DNA of 64,000 nucleotides from an uncultured Chloroflexia bacterium (GTDB lineage Bacteria; Chloroflexota; Limnocylindria; Limnocylindrales; CSP1-4): NCBI GenBank assembly GCA_963720755.1, contig CAVRGP010000013.1, positions 163,369 to 227,368 of the forward strand, read 5' to 3'. Shown piece by piece: positions 1 to 9,698 of this stretch (position 1 is its first letter; each line of letters starts with the position of its first letter). The notes under the pieces were generated by a model. It saw only the letters and a program-made list of their open reading frames with translations, ran no database searches and was not told where the DNA came from. The position numbers and the translations under genes were made by a program.

Positions 1-1
1 C

Positions 2-1960
2 CTCGGCGGGCTCGCGGTCGCGGTCGGAAGGGTGGTCGACGACGCGATCGTCGTCCTCGAAAACATCTATCGTCACAGATCGCTCGGTGAGGACCGACTG
101 ACGGCCTCCATCAACGGGCCCCGGGAGGTCGCCGGGGCGATCACCGCGAGCACCCTGACGACGGTGGCCGTGTTCCTGCCGCTCGGGTTCGTCGGCGGGC
201 TGGTCTCGCAATTCTTCCTGCCGTTCGCCCTGACCGTCACCTTCGCCCTGCTGGCCTCGCTGGTCTGCGCCCTGACCGTCGTGCCCGTCCTCGCCTACCT
301 CCTCGTCCGCAACGTCGGCGCGGACGTCGACGAGACCGGCGAACCGCGACGTTCCATCTGGGTCCACCTGTACACGCCGATCATCCAGTTCGTCCTGCGC
401 GGTCGTTGGACGAAGCTCGCCGTTGTCGCGGTCGCGGCCGCCTTGTTCCTCGTCTCGGCCTCGCTCGCACCGCTCCTGCCGACCCAGTTCATCAATGCTG
501 GGTCCGAGAAGACGATCATCGTGTCCGTGTCACCGCCGACCGGAGCGACATCGGCCGCGGTCCTCGCCAGGTCGATCGAGGTCGAGACCGTCCTGCTTGC
601 CGACCCCGATGTCCAACTCGTCCAGACGAGCATCCCGGGTGAGGGTGACACCAGCTCGCAGGCTTTCCTGTCCGCCCAGCAGGGTCGGGCCAGCAACAGC
701 GCGACGATGACGGTCCGGCTGAACGAGGACGCGGATCTGGCGGCAGCGACCACCCGACTCGCCGCGGCCATGGAACCGCTGAAGACCGACGGGTACGACG
801 TCACGGTGTCATCGGGTGGCGGGTTCACCTCGAACGGCCTGCGTGTCGTCGTGACCGGCCAGTCGCCGGCAGATGTCGCCCAGGCGACCGATGCGGTCCT
901 CACCGGCCTCGTCGACCAGCCGGATCTGGCGAACCTCCAGAGCGACCTGGTCAAGGCCACGCCGGAGGTCCAGGTCACCGTCGACCCGAACAAGGCGATC
1001 ACCGTCGGCCTGACGGCCGCCCAGGTCGCGAACCAGGTCCGGGCGGCGCTCGTTGCCCAGACCGCAACGAGCATCCAGTCGCCCGATGGCCAGACGGTGG
1101 CGGTCGTCGTCCAGCTCGATCCGTCCGCGGTCGCGACCGTCGGCGAGCTCAGTGCGCTGCCGGTCGGGACCGTCTCGACCGTGCCTCTCGGCGCGATCTC
1201 CACGATCGAGCAGGTCGATGTCCAGGGCAGCATCACCCGGATCGACCAGCAGCCGGCCGCGTCGATCACGGCAGAGATCACGAGCGACGACACCGGCGCG
1301 GTGTCGGCCTCCGTGCAGACGGAACTGGATGCGCTGGCTGAAGCCGGATCGTTCCCACCCGGCACGACCGCGGAACTGGCGGGCGTCAGCCAGCAGCAGA
1401 CCGAGGCGTTCAGCGGCTTGTTCGCCTCGATGGGCGTCGCGATCCTGCTGGTCTACGTGATGATGGTCCTCACCTTCGATTCGCTGGTGACCCCGTTCGT
1501 CATCCTGTTCACCCTGCCACTGGCCACCATCGGGGCCTTCCCGGCCTTGCTCCTCACCGGACGACCGATCGGCGTCAGCGCCCTGATCGGCTTCCTGATG
1601 TTGATCGGGATCGTGGTGACCAACGCCATCGTCCTGCTCGACCTGGTCGAACGGTTGCGGCGTGAGGGTCACTCCACCCATGACGCCCTGGTCGAGGGTG
1701 GCCGTACCCGTGTTCGGCCGATCCTGATGACGGCATTCGCGACGATCCTCGCGCTGATCCCGCTCGCGGCCGGGTTCAACCAGGGATCGATCATCGCGGC
1801 TGAGCTCGGGACCGTGGTCATCGGTGGGCTGTTCAGCTCGACCGCACTGACCCTGGTCGTCATCCCGGTCGTGTACTCGCTCATGGAGAGCCTGAAGACT
1901 CGGGTCGGGCGTCGGTTCGGGATGCAGGCACCGAACGAGATGGCCAGCGCCGTCGAGTAG
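2..1960 (+). CDS. RND-family efflux transporter permease (AcrB/HAE-type), C-terminal part; 5' end lies outside the window
   Basis: ORF 32..1960 is in frame back to the window edge. Translation shows the second large periplasmic loop and TM7-12 of RND pumps (VLENIYRH..., conserved C-terminal TM bundle FxxLxLxxGFxG). Confidence 0.8.
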   Translation, partial: LGGLAVAVGRVVDDAIVVLENIYRHRSLGEDRLTASINGPREVAGAITASTLTTVAVFLPLGFVGGLVSQFFLPFALTVTFALLASLVCALTVVPVLAYLLVRNVGADVDETGEPRRSIWVHLYTPIIQFVLRGRWTKLAVVAVAAALFLVSASLAPLLPTQFINAGSEKTIIVSVSPPTGATSAAVLARSIEVETVLLADPDVQLVQTSIPGEGDTSSQAFLSAQQGRASNSATMTVRLNEDADLAAATTRLAAAMEPLKTDGYDVTVSSGGGFTSNGLRVVVTGQSPADVAQATDAVLTGLVDQPDLANLQSDLVKATPEVQVTVDPNKAITVGLTAAQVANQVRAALVAQTATSIQSPDGQTVAVVVQLDPSAVATVGELSALPVGTVSTVPLGAISTIEQVDVQGSITRIDQQPAASITAEITSDDTGAVSASVQTELDALAEAGSFPPGTTAELAGVSQQQTEAFSGLFASMGVAILLVYVMMVLTFDSLVTPFVILFTLPLATIGAFPALLLTGRPIGVSALIGFLMLIGIVVTNAIVLLDLVERLRREGHSTHDALVEGGRTRVRPILMTAFATILALIPLAAGFNQGSIIAAELGTVVIGGLFSSTALTLVVIPVVYSLMESLKTRVGRRFGMQAPNEMASAVE

Positions 1961-2007
1961 ACTCTGAGCGGCGCCGAGCCGCGCGCCGGAGGAGGACCGA
2001 CCCGGCG

Positions 2008-4173
2008 ATGACCGAGAGCATCCCCGCGACCCCGCCCGGGTCGAGCCTGGTGCCAGGCTGGCTGCAGCGCCTGGCCGCCTACGGCTGGCGGATCCTGGCG
2101 ACGATCGCCCTGGCCCTCGTCGCCCTGGCCATCCTGGCGACGATCTCGACCGTCTCGATCTCCATCCTGGTCGCGGCCATCGTGGCCGCCACGTTCGCCC
2201 CATTCATCCTGAGGCTCCGGGATCGGGGATGGTCGAGGATCAAGGCGGCGGCGGCGGTCTTCGTCGGGGCCGGCGTAGTGATCATCGCGGCGTTCGTCGC
2301 GATCGCACTCGCGTTCGTTCCATACGCCTCCGCCGTCGTCAGCAACATCACCGCCGGGCTGGACGCATTGCGGACGGAACTGGCCAACCTCGACCTGCCG
2401 CCCGAGGTGGGGATGGCGATCAGCGCCGCGACGCAGGACCTCCAGGCATGGGTCTCAGATGCCATGTCCGGCATCGTGGGCGATGTCGCGAACCTGGCCA
2501 CCATCGGCATCCTGGCCACCTTCCTGACCTTCTTCTTCATGATGGATGGCGACAAGGCGTGGCTCTGGGTCCTGTCGGCCGCGAATGCGTGGCGGCGGGA
2601 CGCGATCACATCCGCCGGTGATGTCGCCCTTGCCCGGGTCGGCGGGTACTTGCGCGGGACCGCGGTCCTGGCGGCCATCGCCGGCCTCAGTCAGGGAGCC
2701 TTCCTGGTCCTTCTCGGTGTGCCGTTCGCCGGCCCGCTGGCGGTCCTCGTCTTCCTGGGCCGGTTCATCCCGTATCTCGGGGGACTGGTGACGACCGTCG
2801 TGTTGTTGCTGGTGACGCTCGCCACCGCCGGCTCCGGTCCGGCGTTGGTCCTGCTTGCGCTCATCGCGATCCTCGACGTCATCCTGGGCAAGTTCGTGGC
2901 CCCGGTGGTGTACAGCCGAACCGTCCACATCCACCCCGCGCTCGTCCTCGTGGCGCTCCCTGCCGGCGCGGCGGTGGCCGGGACGATCGGGCTGTTCGCG
3001 GCCATCCCGTTCGTCGCATTCGTGATGGCGATCGTCGGCTCCGTCGTGGACGTCCTCGGCGTCGAGCCGTCGACCGAAGGATCGGACGATCTCCTCGTCC
3101 CGCTGTGGCTGGACCGTCTCGGTCAGTGGAGTTGGCGGCTCCTCGTGGTTGCCGGGCTGTTCACCGTGCTCATCGCGGCGATGATCCAGGTCCCCATCGT
3201 CGTCTACCCGGTCGTACTCGGGATCGTCGTCGCGTCCACGCTCCTCCCGTTGGGCGCCCGTTTCGAGGCTCTCGGCTGGAGTCACGCCCGTGCAGCACTG
3301 GCGGCGACCCTGGGCATGGTCGTCGGTGTCACCGTCATCGTCGGGTTGACGGTCGTATCCCTCATCGGTGCGGCCAGCCAGATGACCGGCACCGGTGTCT
3401 CCGGGGCGGAGTCAGCGAACGACGGCCTCGGCGGCGCGCTCGGTGCTGGGGTGAGTCTTGTCCAGGCCTTCGGGAGCGGGATCCTGGTCACGATCTCGAG
3501 CGTCGCCTCCGCCCTCGGCGGGCTGGCGGTGATCCTGCTCCTCTCGACCCTGCTGACGTTCTACTTCATGCGCGACGGCGATCGAGCCTGGCGCGCCTTC
3601 CTCGACCGCATCGAGCCCGGGCGCCGGTCGCACGTCGAGGCCGCTGGTAGCCGGGCGGTCGGCGTCCTCGGCGGGTACATGATCGGGACCGGAGCGATCT
3701 CGATCTTCGGGGCGGCGACGCAGTTCCTGATCATGACCATCCTCGGCATCCCACTCGCGCTGCCGCTGGCCATCCTCGCCGTCTTCGGCGGCTTCATCCC
3801 CTATATCGGGTCCATCGTCACGACCGGCCTCGCATTCCTCGTCACCGTCGCGACCGGCACGCCGCAGGACATCGCGATCATGGGTGTGTTCACGATCGTC
3901 TTCAACATCGTGCAGGGCAATTTCGTGGCGCCGATCGTGTACAGCCGTGTCGTCAGCCTGCACCCGGCGGTCGTCCTGGCAGCCATCCCTGCCGGCAGCG
4001 AGATCGCGGGTGTCGCCGGGATGTTCCTGGTCGTCCCGTTCCTCGGCGTGGTCGCAACGGTCTGGAGAACGCTCCTCGTGGCCCTCGATCCGGAGCCGGT
4101 CGGGCCCACCACAGCGGGCGCGGCCAGCGACGTCGGGGCGGAGCACCCGACACCGGCGGTCGCCTCGGGCTGA
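2008..4173 (+). CDS. AI-2E family transporter (PerM/UPF0118), internal tandem duplication of two complete repeats
   Basis: 721 aa. Two about 340-aa repeats each carry the AI-2E hallmarks (FFFMMDGDKAW / FYFMRDGDRAW, FIPYLGG / FIPYIGS, VAPVVYSRTV / VAPIVYSRVV). Confidence 0.75.
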   Translation: MTESIPATPPGSSLVPGWLQRLAAYGWRILATIALALVALAILATISTVSISILVAAIVAATFAPFILRLRDRGWSRIKAAAAVFVGAGVVIIAAFVAIALAFVPYASAVVSNITAGLDALRTELANLDLPPEVGMAISAATQDLQAWVSDAMSGIVGDVANLATIGILATFLTFFFMMDGDKAWLWVLSAANAWRRDAITSAGDVALARVGGYLRGTAVLAAIAGLSQGAFLVLLGVPFAGPLAVLVFLGRFIPYLGGLVTTVVLLLVTLATAGSGPALVLLALIAILDVILGKFVAPVVYSRTVHIHPALVLVALPAGAAVAGTIGLFAAIPFVAFVMAIVGSVVDVLGVEPSTEGSDDLLVPLWLDRLGQWSWRLLVVAGLFTVLIAAMIQVPIVVYPVVLGIVVASTLLPLGARFEALGWSHARAALAATLGMVVGVTVIVGLTVVSLIGAASQMTGTGVSGAESANDGLGGALGAGVSLVQAFGSGILVTISSVASALGGLAVILLLSTLLTFYFMRDGDRAWRAFLDRIEPGRRSHVEAAGSRAVGVLGGYMIGTGAISIFGAATQFLIMTILGIPLALPLAILAVFGGFIPYIGSIVTTGLAFLVTVATGTPQDIAIMGVFTIVFNIVQGNFVAPIVYSRVVSLHPAVVLAAIPAGSEIAGVAGMFLVVPFLGVVATVWRTLLVALDPEPVGPTTAGAASDVGAEHPTPAVASG

Positions 4174-4261
4174 GCGGCCCCGCTGCGCGTATAGTTGGGG
4201 CTGAACCATGCACGTGCGTCGGGCGACGACGATCGTCGCTGGCCCACCCAGGGAGGAATCG

Positions 4262-4699
4262 ATGACACTCGGTCCACTCGAATACACCGTCCTCGGGTTC
4301 GAGGGCAATCGGTTCAACGGCGAGATCGCGAAGGAGATCGAGAAGGTCGTCGAGGCCGGCATCATCCGCCTCGTCGACGTCGTCTTCGTCACCAAGGACA
4401 TCGATGGCGATGTCGCCGTCGTGGAACTCGACAACAAGGAAGATGAGCGGTTCGCCAGCTTCACCGGGATGATGGACGGGCTGATGGGCCTCCTGACCCC
4501 GGACGACATCGAGAAGCTGGCCGACGGACTGCCGACCAACACGTCTGCCCTCATCCTCCTGTTCGAGCACCACTGGGCGGTCGGGATCAAGGACGCGATC
4601 GCCGGTGCCGGCGGCTTCCTCATCAGCCGGGACACGATCCCGCCGGAAGCCCTCGAGATGGTGAACGCCGAGCTCGAAGCAGCAGCGATCTCGGCCTGA
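4262..4699 (+). CDS. DUF1269-like small acidic protein (soluble variant); paralogous to the N-terminal domain of the 8900..9522 product
   Basis: In-frame ATG at 4262 preceded by AGGGAGGAA. The N-terminal pattern xVLGFxxxxxxxxxxxExxxGxIRLVDxxFVxKDxDGxVAVVE aligns with 8900..9522. Confidence 0.5.
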   Translation: MTLGPLEYTVLGFEGNRFNGEIAKEIEKVVEAGIIRLVDVVFVTKDIDGDVAVVELDNKEDERFASFTGMMDGLMGLLTPDDIEKLADGLPTNTSALILLFEHHWAVGIKDAIAGAGGFLISRDTIPPEALEMVNAELEAAAISA

Positions 4700-4730
4700 C
4701 GGCCGAACCAGAAAGGAACAGGAAGACATC

Positions 4731-5069
4731 ATGCGACGACGACGAGGCCCGGGCCTCCTGATGACTGCGGCCGTGGTGGGCACAGCCGCTCACGTGGGTG
4801 CATCGAGCGCGAACAAGAGCGCCCAGGCGCAGGCCAACGAACAGTCCCAGAACCAGCAGCTGGCCGACCTTGAGGCCCAGAACGCGGCCCTGCAGCAGCA
4901 GATGGCCCAGCAGCCGACCTATGCGGCGCCCGCGCCGGCTGCGGCCCCGGCAGCCGCTCCGGTCGATCCGACGACGGCTGCCCTGCAGAACCTGGCGAAC
5001 CTCCACGCTCAGGGCATCCTGAGTGACGAGGAATTCGCAGCTGCCAAGGCGAAGGCCCTCGGGATCTAG
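4731..5069 (+). CDS. SHOCT-domain protein with an N-terminal hydrophobic segment and a Q-rich coiled region
   Basis: C-terminus HAQGILSDEEFAAAKAKALG matches the SHOCT motif. RBS AGGAACAGGAAGA precedes the ATG. Confidence 0.5.
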   Translation: MRRRRGPGLLMTAAVVGTAAHVGASSANKSAQAQANEQSQNQQLADLEAQNAALQQQMAQQPTYAAPAPAAAPAAAPVDPTTAALQNLANLHAQGILSDEEFAAAKAKALGI

Positions 5070-5074
5070 GCCCC

Positions 5075-5094
5075 CGCGCCACGACGGTGGCGCG
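5075..5094. terminator. Perfect hairpin (CGCGCCAC-GACG-GTGGCGCG) between convergent genes; putative bidirectional terminator
   Basis: 8-bp GC stem with a 4-nt loop read directly, immediately after the 4731..5069 stop and before the 3' end of the minus-strand PLD gene. No strong U-tract. Confidence 0.35.
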
Positions 5095-5159
5095 TTCAGA
5101 GAACGTCGTGCGTCAGGCCTCGTGCCTGGCGCACGTTCATATTCGGGTGCGTCGCCTCG

Positions 5160-6494
5160 CTAGAGCAGGCGCGAGACGCGATCCATCGCGGCGTTCCAGG
5201 CGCGGTCTTTCGTCCCGGTCGGTGCCACGGCGGGCGTCGACATGGCCACCAGCTCGTCGAAGATGGTGCGCTCCGTGAGCTCGGCGATCGCGGGATCGTC
5301 GAACAGAAGGTCGAGCTCGTCGTTCCGGAAGAGCGACAGATCGTCCAGGTTGCAGCCGCCGATGAGGACCTGGTCGTCGATCCGGAGCACCTTCGCGTGG
5401 GCCATCTCCGGGTGGAGGAGGATCTCCGCGCCGGCATCGAGGAGCCGGCCGTACCAATGCCGGAAGGCTGCGGCCGGATAGGGCGGGGTCGGCTTGCCCG
5501 GCGCGACGAGGCGCACCCGGACCCCGCGCAACGCCGCCTCGAGCAGGCGTTCGAGGATGGCCCGGTTCGAGATGTACGGGTTGACGATGTGGATCTCGCG
5601 AGCCGCGTCGTCGAGGGCCTGCTCGATCGTGTCGCTGATCGGATGGTGGCCGGTCCCGGGGACGTTCCACAGGACGGTCGTTGCGGCCTTGACCGGCGCG
5701 TCCGGTGCGACCACGAGGGTCTCCGGGGGGAAGTAGCGCAGGAGCGATGGGTCGGCCGGCGCCGATCCGTCGTTGTTCCGCCAACTCATCAGGAAGACGG
5801 CCGCAAGGTGCGCCACGATCGGCCCTTCCACCCGGCACATGACGTCGTAGAAGCGCTCGTCGTTGTAGTGGTCCTCGATCCCGCTTCCGCCGACATAGCC
5901 GACCCGACCATCGACCACGATCATCTTGCGATGGTCGAAATGGAGCAGGTCCTCGGCATTGGGCTGGAAGGTCCGGGCACCGACTTCGCCCCGTCGAAGC
6001 ACGACGACACCGTCGTGGGCCACGATCTCGACACCCGCCTCGCGGAGACGGCGGAACAGATCCTTGCTGCCGAGATCGACCTCGCTGCCGATCGCGTCGA
6101 CGGCCAACCGGACCTCGACGCCTGCCTTGACCCGATCTGCCAGGGCGTCCAGGAACAGCTCGCCGATGTCACCGGGCTTGTAGCCGTAGATCAGCAGGTG
6201 GACGTGATCGGTCGCCGCGGCGATGTCCTCGAGGATCCGCGGGAAGTAGCGACGGCCGTGCAGGAGCGGGTCGACCGCCGTTGCGATGGCGGGCGCGAAG
6301 ACCTTGGTCAGATCGGCCCTGCGGACGCGGGGCAGGGCGACCAGCTCCGCCGTCCTGGCGGCGGCCGTTTCCGGCCGGATGGCATCGGGATCGAATGGGT
6401 CGGTCGGGACGCGGGTCGCCCGCCGGCGGCTGAGCGCTGCGCCGGTCGTCGCGATCGCGGCGCCCAGCGCGAATGTTCGTCGCTTCTTGCTCAT
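5160..6494 (-). CDS. Phospholipase D superfamily protein with two HKD motifs (cardiolipin-synthase-like)
   Basis: Two HxKxxxxD motifs (HRKMIVVD..., HAKVLRID...). N-terminal hydrophobic/signal segment. Confidence 0.75.
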   Translation of the reverse strand: MSKKRRTFALGAAIATTGAALSRRRATRVPTDPFDPDAIRPETAAARTAELVALPRVRRADLTKVFAPAIATAVDPLLHGRRYFPRILEDIAAATDHVHLLIYGYKPGDIGELFLDALADRVKAGVEVRLAVDAIGSEVDLGSKDLFRRLREAGVEIVAHDGVVVLRRGEVGARTFQPNAEDLLHFDHRKMIVVDGRVGYVGGSGIEDHYNDERFYDVMCRVEGPIVAHLAAVFLMSWRNNDGSAPADPSLLRYFPPETLVVAPDAPVKAATTVLWNVPGTGHHPISDTIEQALDDAAREIHIVNPYISNRAILERLLEAALRGVRVRLVAPGKPTPPYPAAAFRHWYGRLLDAGAEILLHPEMAHAKVLRIDDQVLIGGCNLDDLSLFRNDELDLLFDDPAIAELTERTIFDELVAMSTPAVAPTGTKDRAWNAAMDRVSRLL

Positions 6495-6548
6495 CGGATG
6501 GTGTGTCGCGGTCGCATTCGAGACCCCCTGGGTTTGCCGATCGGACCG

Positions 6549-8708
6549 CTACTGTACCGCTTGCGTTCCCGGGGTGGCGGACTCGCTGGCCGGTGCGACT
6601 GCCGCCGCTGGCGTCGGGATGGACCCGGCCGGCTTGCCGAGCTGGATCCCGATCGCATCGAGCCATCGCCGGATGTTCCGGTAGATGGCCGGAGCGCCGA
6701 GCGGGACCTCCTCGTCGAGTTCCCACTCGACCGGATGGAGGATGAACGGCTCGGTCTGCGGGCCGCCGAGGCCGCCATGCGAGCCGATCAGTTCCTCGAA
6801 CGCGGCGACCTCGCCCATCTCCGGATCGTACTGGCTGATGAGCAGGAGGTCCGGCGCGTTGACCATGGCGTCCTCTCGCCGCAGGCTCATCACGGTATGC
6901 GGCCCGAAGATCGTCGTCGGGTCCTCGCCCTCGACCCGATCCTGGTCGAGGAACCGAGTGCCCTTCGGCCCGAACACGACGGCGCCGAACTCGCTCGAGC
7001 GGACCATCAGCATCCCCACGCCAGGGTGGGCCGCGACGGCCGCGACGAGGCCGGGGTGAAGCTCCTCGAGTTCTTCCACGGTGAGCCGGTGATCGTGACC
7101 GGTGAACCAGACGAGTCCGAGGTTCCCGGAACCGACGACCGCGATGGACGACGCATCGGCGACGGGCGGCTCCGCCTCGGAATCGAGATCGACGATGCCG
7201 TCGGTGGTCTTCCCCTTGAGGGCCGCTCGCGCGACCGTCGGCCCGACGCCCTGGCTCTTGGTGATCTCCGACAGGAACGAATTCACGAAGACCGACCCCT
7301 CGGCCTTCGTCGCGGTCTGGATCACGGTGGCGCGTCCGCTCATGAGACTGCGGACGAACTCGCCCAGACTGACCCCGTAGCGCTGGAGGAAGGTGGCGCC
7401 AAGGCTCTGGCCGTGGTCGGACAGGACGATGAACTTGTACGGCCGCGGCGCCTCGGCGGCTGCCTTGACCAACGTCTCGACTGCCCGGTCGACACCGTCG
7501 AGCGCCTCGAACGACTCGACCCGCTCCGGGCCGCAGTGGTGGGCCAGTTCGTCGTAGTCGGTGAAGTCCGCATAGATGACGTTCGCGCCCCGGTACATCT
7601 CCTCGATGATCAGCGACGTGTTGACGTCGCGGAGGATCACGTTGCTGGCGGCGCGCATCCCGGCGTACTTGAGTCCCCGGTGCATCTGCGGGCGGACACC
7701 GGCCCGGCGGGTGCGACGCGCCTGGATCATCTCCTTGATGAACTCGCCGAGGAAGAGCGTGAACGAGCGCAGGTACCCGCTCGGGCTGAAGAAGAAGCTC
7801 AGGAAGGCCTGGCTGTCGCCGATCCCTCCGCCCTCCGCCTTGATCGACGCGGTCGTCAGGTACGACCGTGTCGCATCGCCGGTCATGAGGTTGCAGATGC
7901 TCGCGCCGTTGTTCGACAGCAGCCCCTGACCATTGCTGATCCGCGACACGATGAGCGCGGCGTCCGCCGGATTGCTCGACGCCATGAGGTGCTCGCGGTC
8001 ACGCTCGTACCAGCGGAAAGCCGGGATCCCGTCGTTGTTGCCGTGCAGGATGCCAGCCTGGCTGGCCGAGGTCATCGACGGCAGGATCGCCTCCCAACGC
8101 GACAGCTTGTGGCTGCCGTCGCGGACCCAGCTGGCCAGGGTGTTGACGGAGCCGGCACGCATCCTTCCGGCCAGGATCGGATGGGCCAGGCCGTCGATCT
8201 GGAGGATGACGAGTCCGGGCTTGTCGCTGCGCGCCGCGGCGCGTTTGACCATCAAGCGCTGGACCAGCAGGCCGTAATAGGAGCCGCCACTGTCGATTCC
8301 GAGGATGGCCGTCAGGATCGTATTGACGATCGCATAGATGAATGAGGCGATCAGCGCGGTCGTGAACCCGTCGACATGGATCCCGGGTGCCCACTGGGCG
8401 ACGACCAGGAACGCCGCGATCTGCAGCACCAGGACGAGGATCGCCGTGAGGACGAGCGAGATGGACGCGGCGAAGGTGAGGATCACCGGGCGGACCGCCG
8501 CCTGGAACAGGGCGATCAGGACGACCGCGACGACGGCGTCGAGCGCACGATCCACCGTCAACCGGGGCATGAGCCAGGCGGTGACGAGGAATGAGATCGT
8601 GGCGACCACGAGGGTGACGGCCAGGCGCTTGAGCAGCGCCACGCGTCCGCCGCGCCATTCCCACAGCACGCGCAACTGCGTTTCGTAGAAGCCGAGCAGT
8701 CGGCCCAT
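6549..8708 (-). CDS. Fusion of a DUF360/phage-holin-4_2 membrane domain and an alkaline-phosphatase-superfamily (type I phosphodiesterase/nucleotide pyrophosphatase-like) domain
   Basis: Probable start at the internal Met (MGRLLGFYETQL), counted as residue 20 of ORF 6549..8765. The N-terminal about 130 aa are four TM helices typical of PF04020. The remainder has the AlkP-core metal-ligand pattern (DGLAHP..., SDHGQ). Confidence 0.7.
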   Translation of the reverse strand: MGRLLGFYETQLRVLWEWRGGRVALLKRLAVTLVVATISFLVTAWLMPRLTVDRALDAVVAVVLIALFQAAVRPVILTFAASISLVLTAILVLVLQIAAFLVVAQWAPGIHVDGFTTALIASFIYAIVNTILTAILGIDSGGSYYGLLVQRLMVKRAAARSDKPGLVILQIDGLAHPILAGRMRAGSVNTLASWVRDGSHKLSRWEAILPSMTSASQAGILHGNNDGIPAFRWYERDREHLMASSNPADAALIVSRISNGQGLLSNNGASICNLMTGDATRSYLTTASIKAEGGGIGDSQAFLSFFFSPSGYLRSFTLFLGEFIKEMIQARRTRRAGVRPQMHRGLKYAGMRAASNVILRDVNTSLIIEEMYRGANVIYADFTDYDELAHHCGPERVESFEALDGVDRAVETLVKAAAEAPRPYKFIVLSDHGQSLGATFLQRYGVSLGEFVRSLMSGRATVIQTATKAEGSVFVNSFLSEITKSQGVGPTVARAALKGKTTDGIVDLDSEAEPPVADASSIAVVGSGNLGLVWFTGHDHRLTVEELEELHPGLVAAVAAHPGVGMLMVRSSEFGAVVFGPKGTRFLDQDRVEGEDPTTIFGPHTVMSLRREDAMVNAPDLLLISQYDPEMGEVAAFEELIGSHGGLGGPQTEPFILHPVEWELDEEVPLGAPAIYRNIRRWLDAIGIQLGKPAGSIPTPAAAVAPASESATPGTQAVQ

Positions 8709-8899
8709 CGTCGGTGGATCCTCCCTCGATCTCGGGCGTGCAGCCCGTCTTGATGTGCACAGCATAGGGCGCGGTGCGGCGGTACGATGGACGCTCCGTC
8801 GCTACCCGATCGCATCCCCGCAGGCGACTCACGCCGCGCCGATCGGGTCGACAGCACGCGACCAGCCGCGCGCATGGCCGCACACAGGAGGCACACCGA

Positions 8900-9522
8900 T
8901 GTCCGAAGAGACCAAGGCTGCAAGCACGACTGACGACACAGTCGTCGTCAGCGGCGTCGTCGCCGACGAGGCAGGGATCATCGCCGAAGGGGCCATCGCG
9001 GTCGAGGGCGACCATGCGCTGGTCGTGGCCCGGTTCGCGGATACGACCTCAGCGAGGGCCGTCTATGACGACCTGCTGTCGGCCGAGCTCGACGGGTCGC
9101 TCCACATCGATGGCGTGCTCGTCGTCAAGGCAGACGACGGAGGGCGCCTGCACGTCGAGAAGATGACGGACCACAGCACCCGGACCGGCCTGAAGTGGGG
9201 CGTCGTCGGCGGCGTCGTCGCGGCCGTGTTCCTGCCGGCCACGATCATCGCCGGTGCCGTGACCCTCGGCGTTGCGGGCGCCGCCGCCGGCAAGGCCCGG
9301 AACCTGGCGCGACGGCTTGAGGTCGAGAAGGGCCTGGCCGACGTCATCACGCCGGGAACATCCGGGATCCTGGCCATGGTGACCGCGAGCGATGCCCCGG
9401 CGGTCGCAGCCAAGATGCCCGGCGCCGAGGAAGTCAAGACCGTCAAGGTCGACGATGAGACCGCGACCGCCGTGAAGGAAGCCGCGACCGAAGCCGAGGC
9501 CGTGACCCCATCGGGTAGCTGA
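8900..9522 (+). CDS. DUF1269-like membrane protein with glycine-zipper TM segment
   Basis: ATG at 8900 preceded by AGGAGG. N-terminal domain paralogous to 4262..4699, followed by GVVGGVVAAVFLPATIIAGAVTLGVAGAAAG (glycine zipper) and an Ala/Glu-rich tail. Confidence 0.5.
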
Positions 9523-9607
9523 CGGATGGCGCCGGGCTGGCTCCTCGGGCCTGGCCCCCGGGGTCGGCCCGGCGCTCACCACCTGGCGGTCGTTGACGCG
9601 CGCCCGG

Positions 9608-9640
9608 TTAATCCCGATAATCTAACTCGGAATTAGATGC
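9608..9640. promoter_or_regulatory. AT-rich island with inverted repeat ATCTAA-N7-TTAGAT (about 9620..9638), about 60 bp upstream of sufB; candidate operator
   Basis: Read directly: taatcccgataATCTAActcggaaTTAGATg. Stands out in an otherwise >70% GC intergenic region. Confidence 0.4.
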
Positions 9641-9698
9641 GTTCGAGAACGAGCGCCGCGGGGCCCGCCAGCCCCGCCCGATCACGACCGGAGACCTG

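Noticed and set aside
5397-8345. 982-aa plus-strand ORF
   Set aside because: Antisense to the well-supported PLD and AlkP-fusion genes. Low-complexity Arg/Asp/Gly-rich translation typical of spurious high-GC ORFs.
9608-9640. Interpreting the sufB-upstream inverted repeat as a DtxR/IdeR iron box
   Set aside because: ATCTAA-N7-TTAGAT does not match the TTAGGTTAGSCTAACCTAA consensus, so I report it only as a generic candidate operator.
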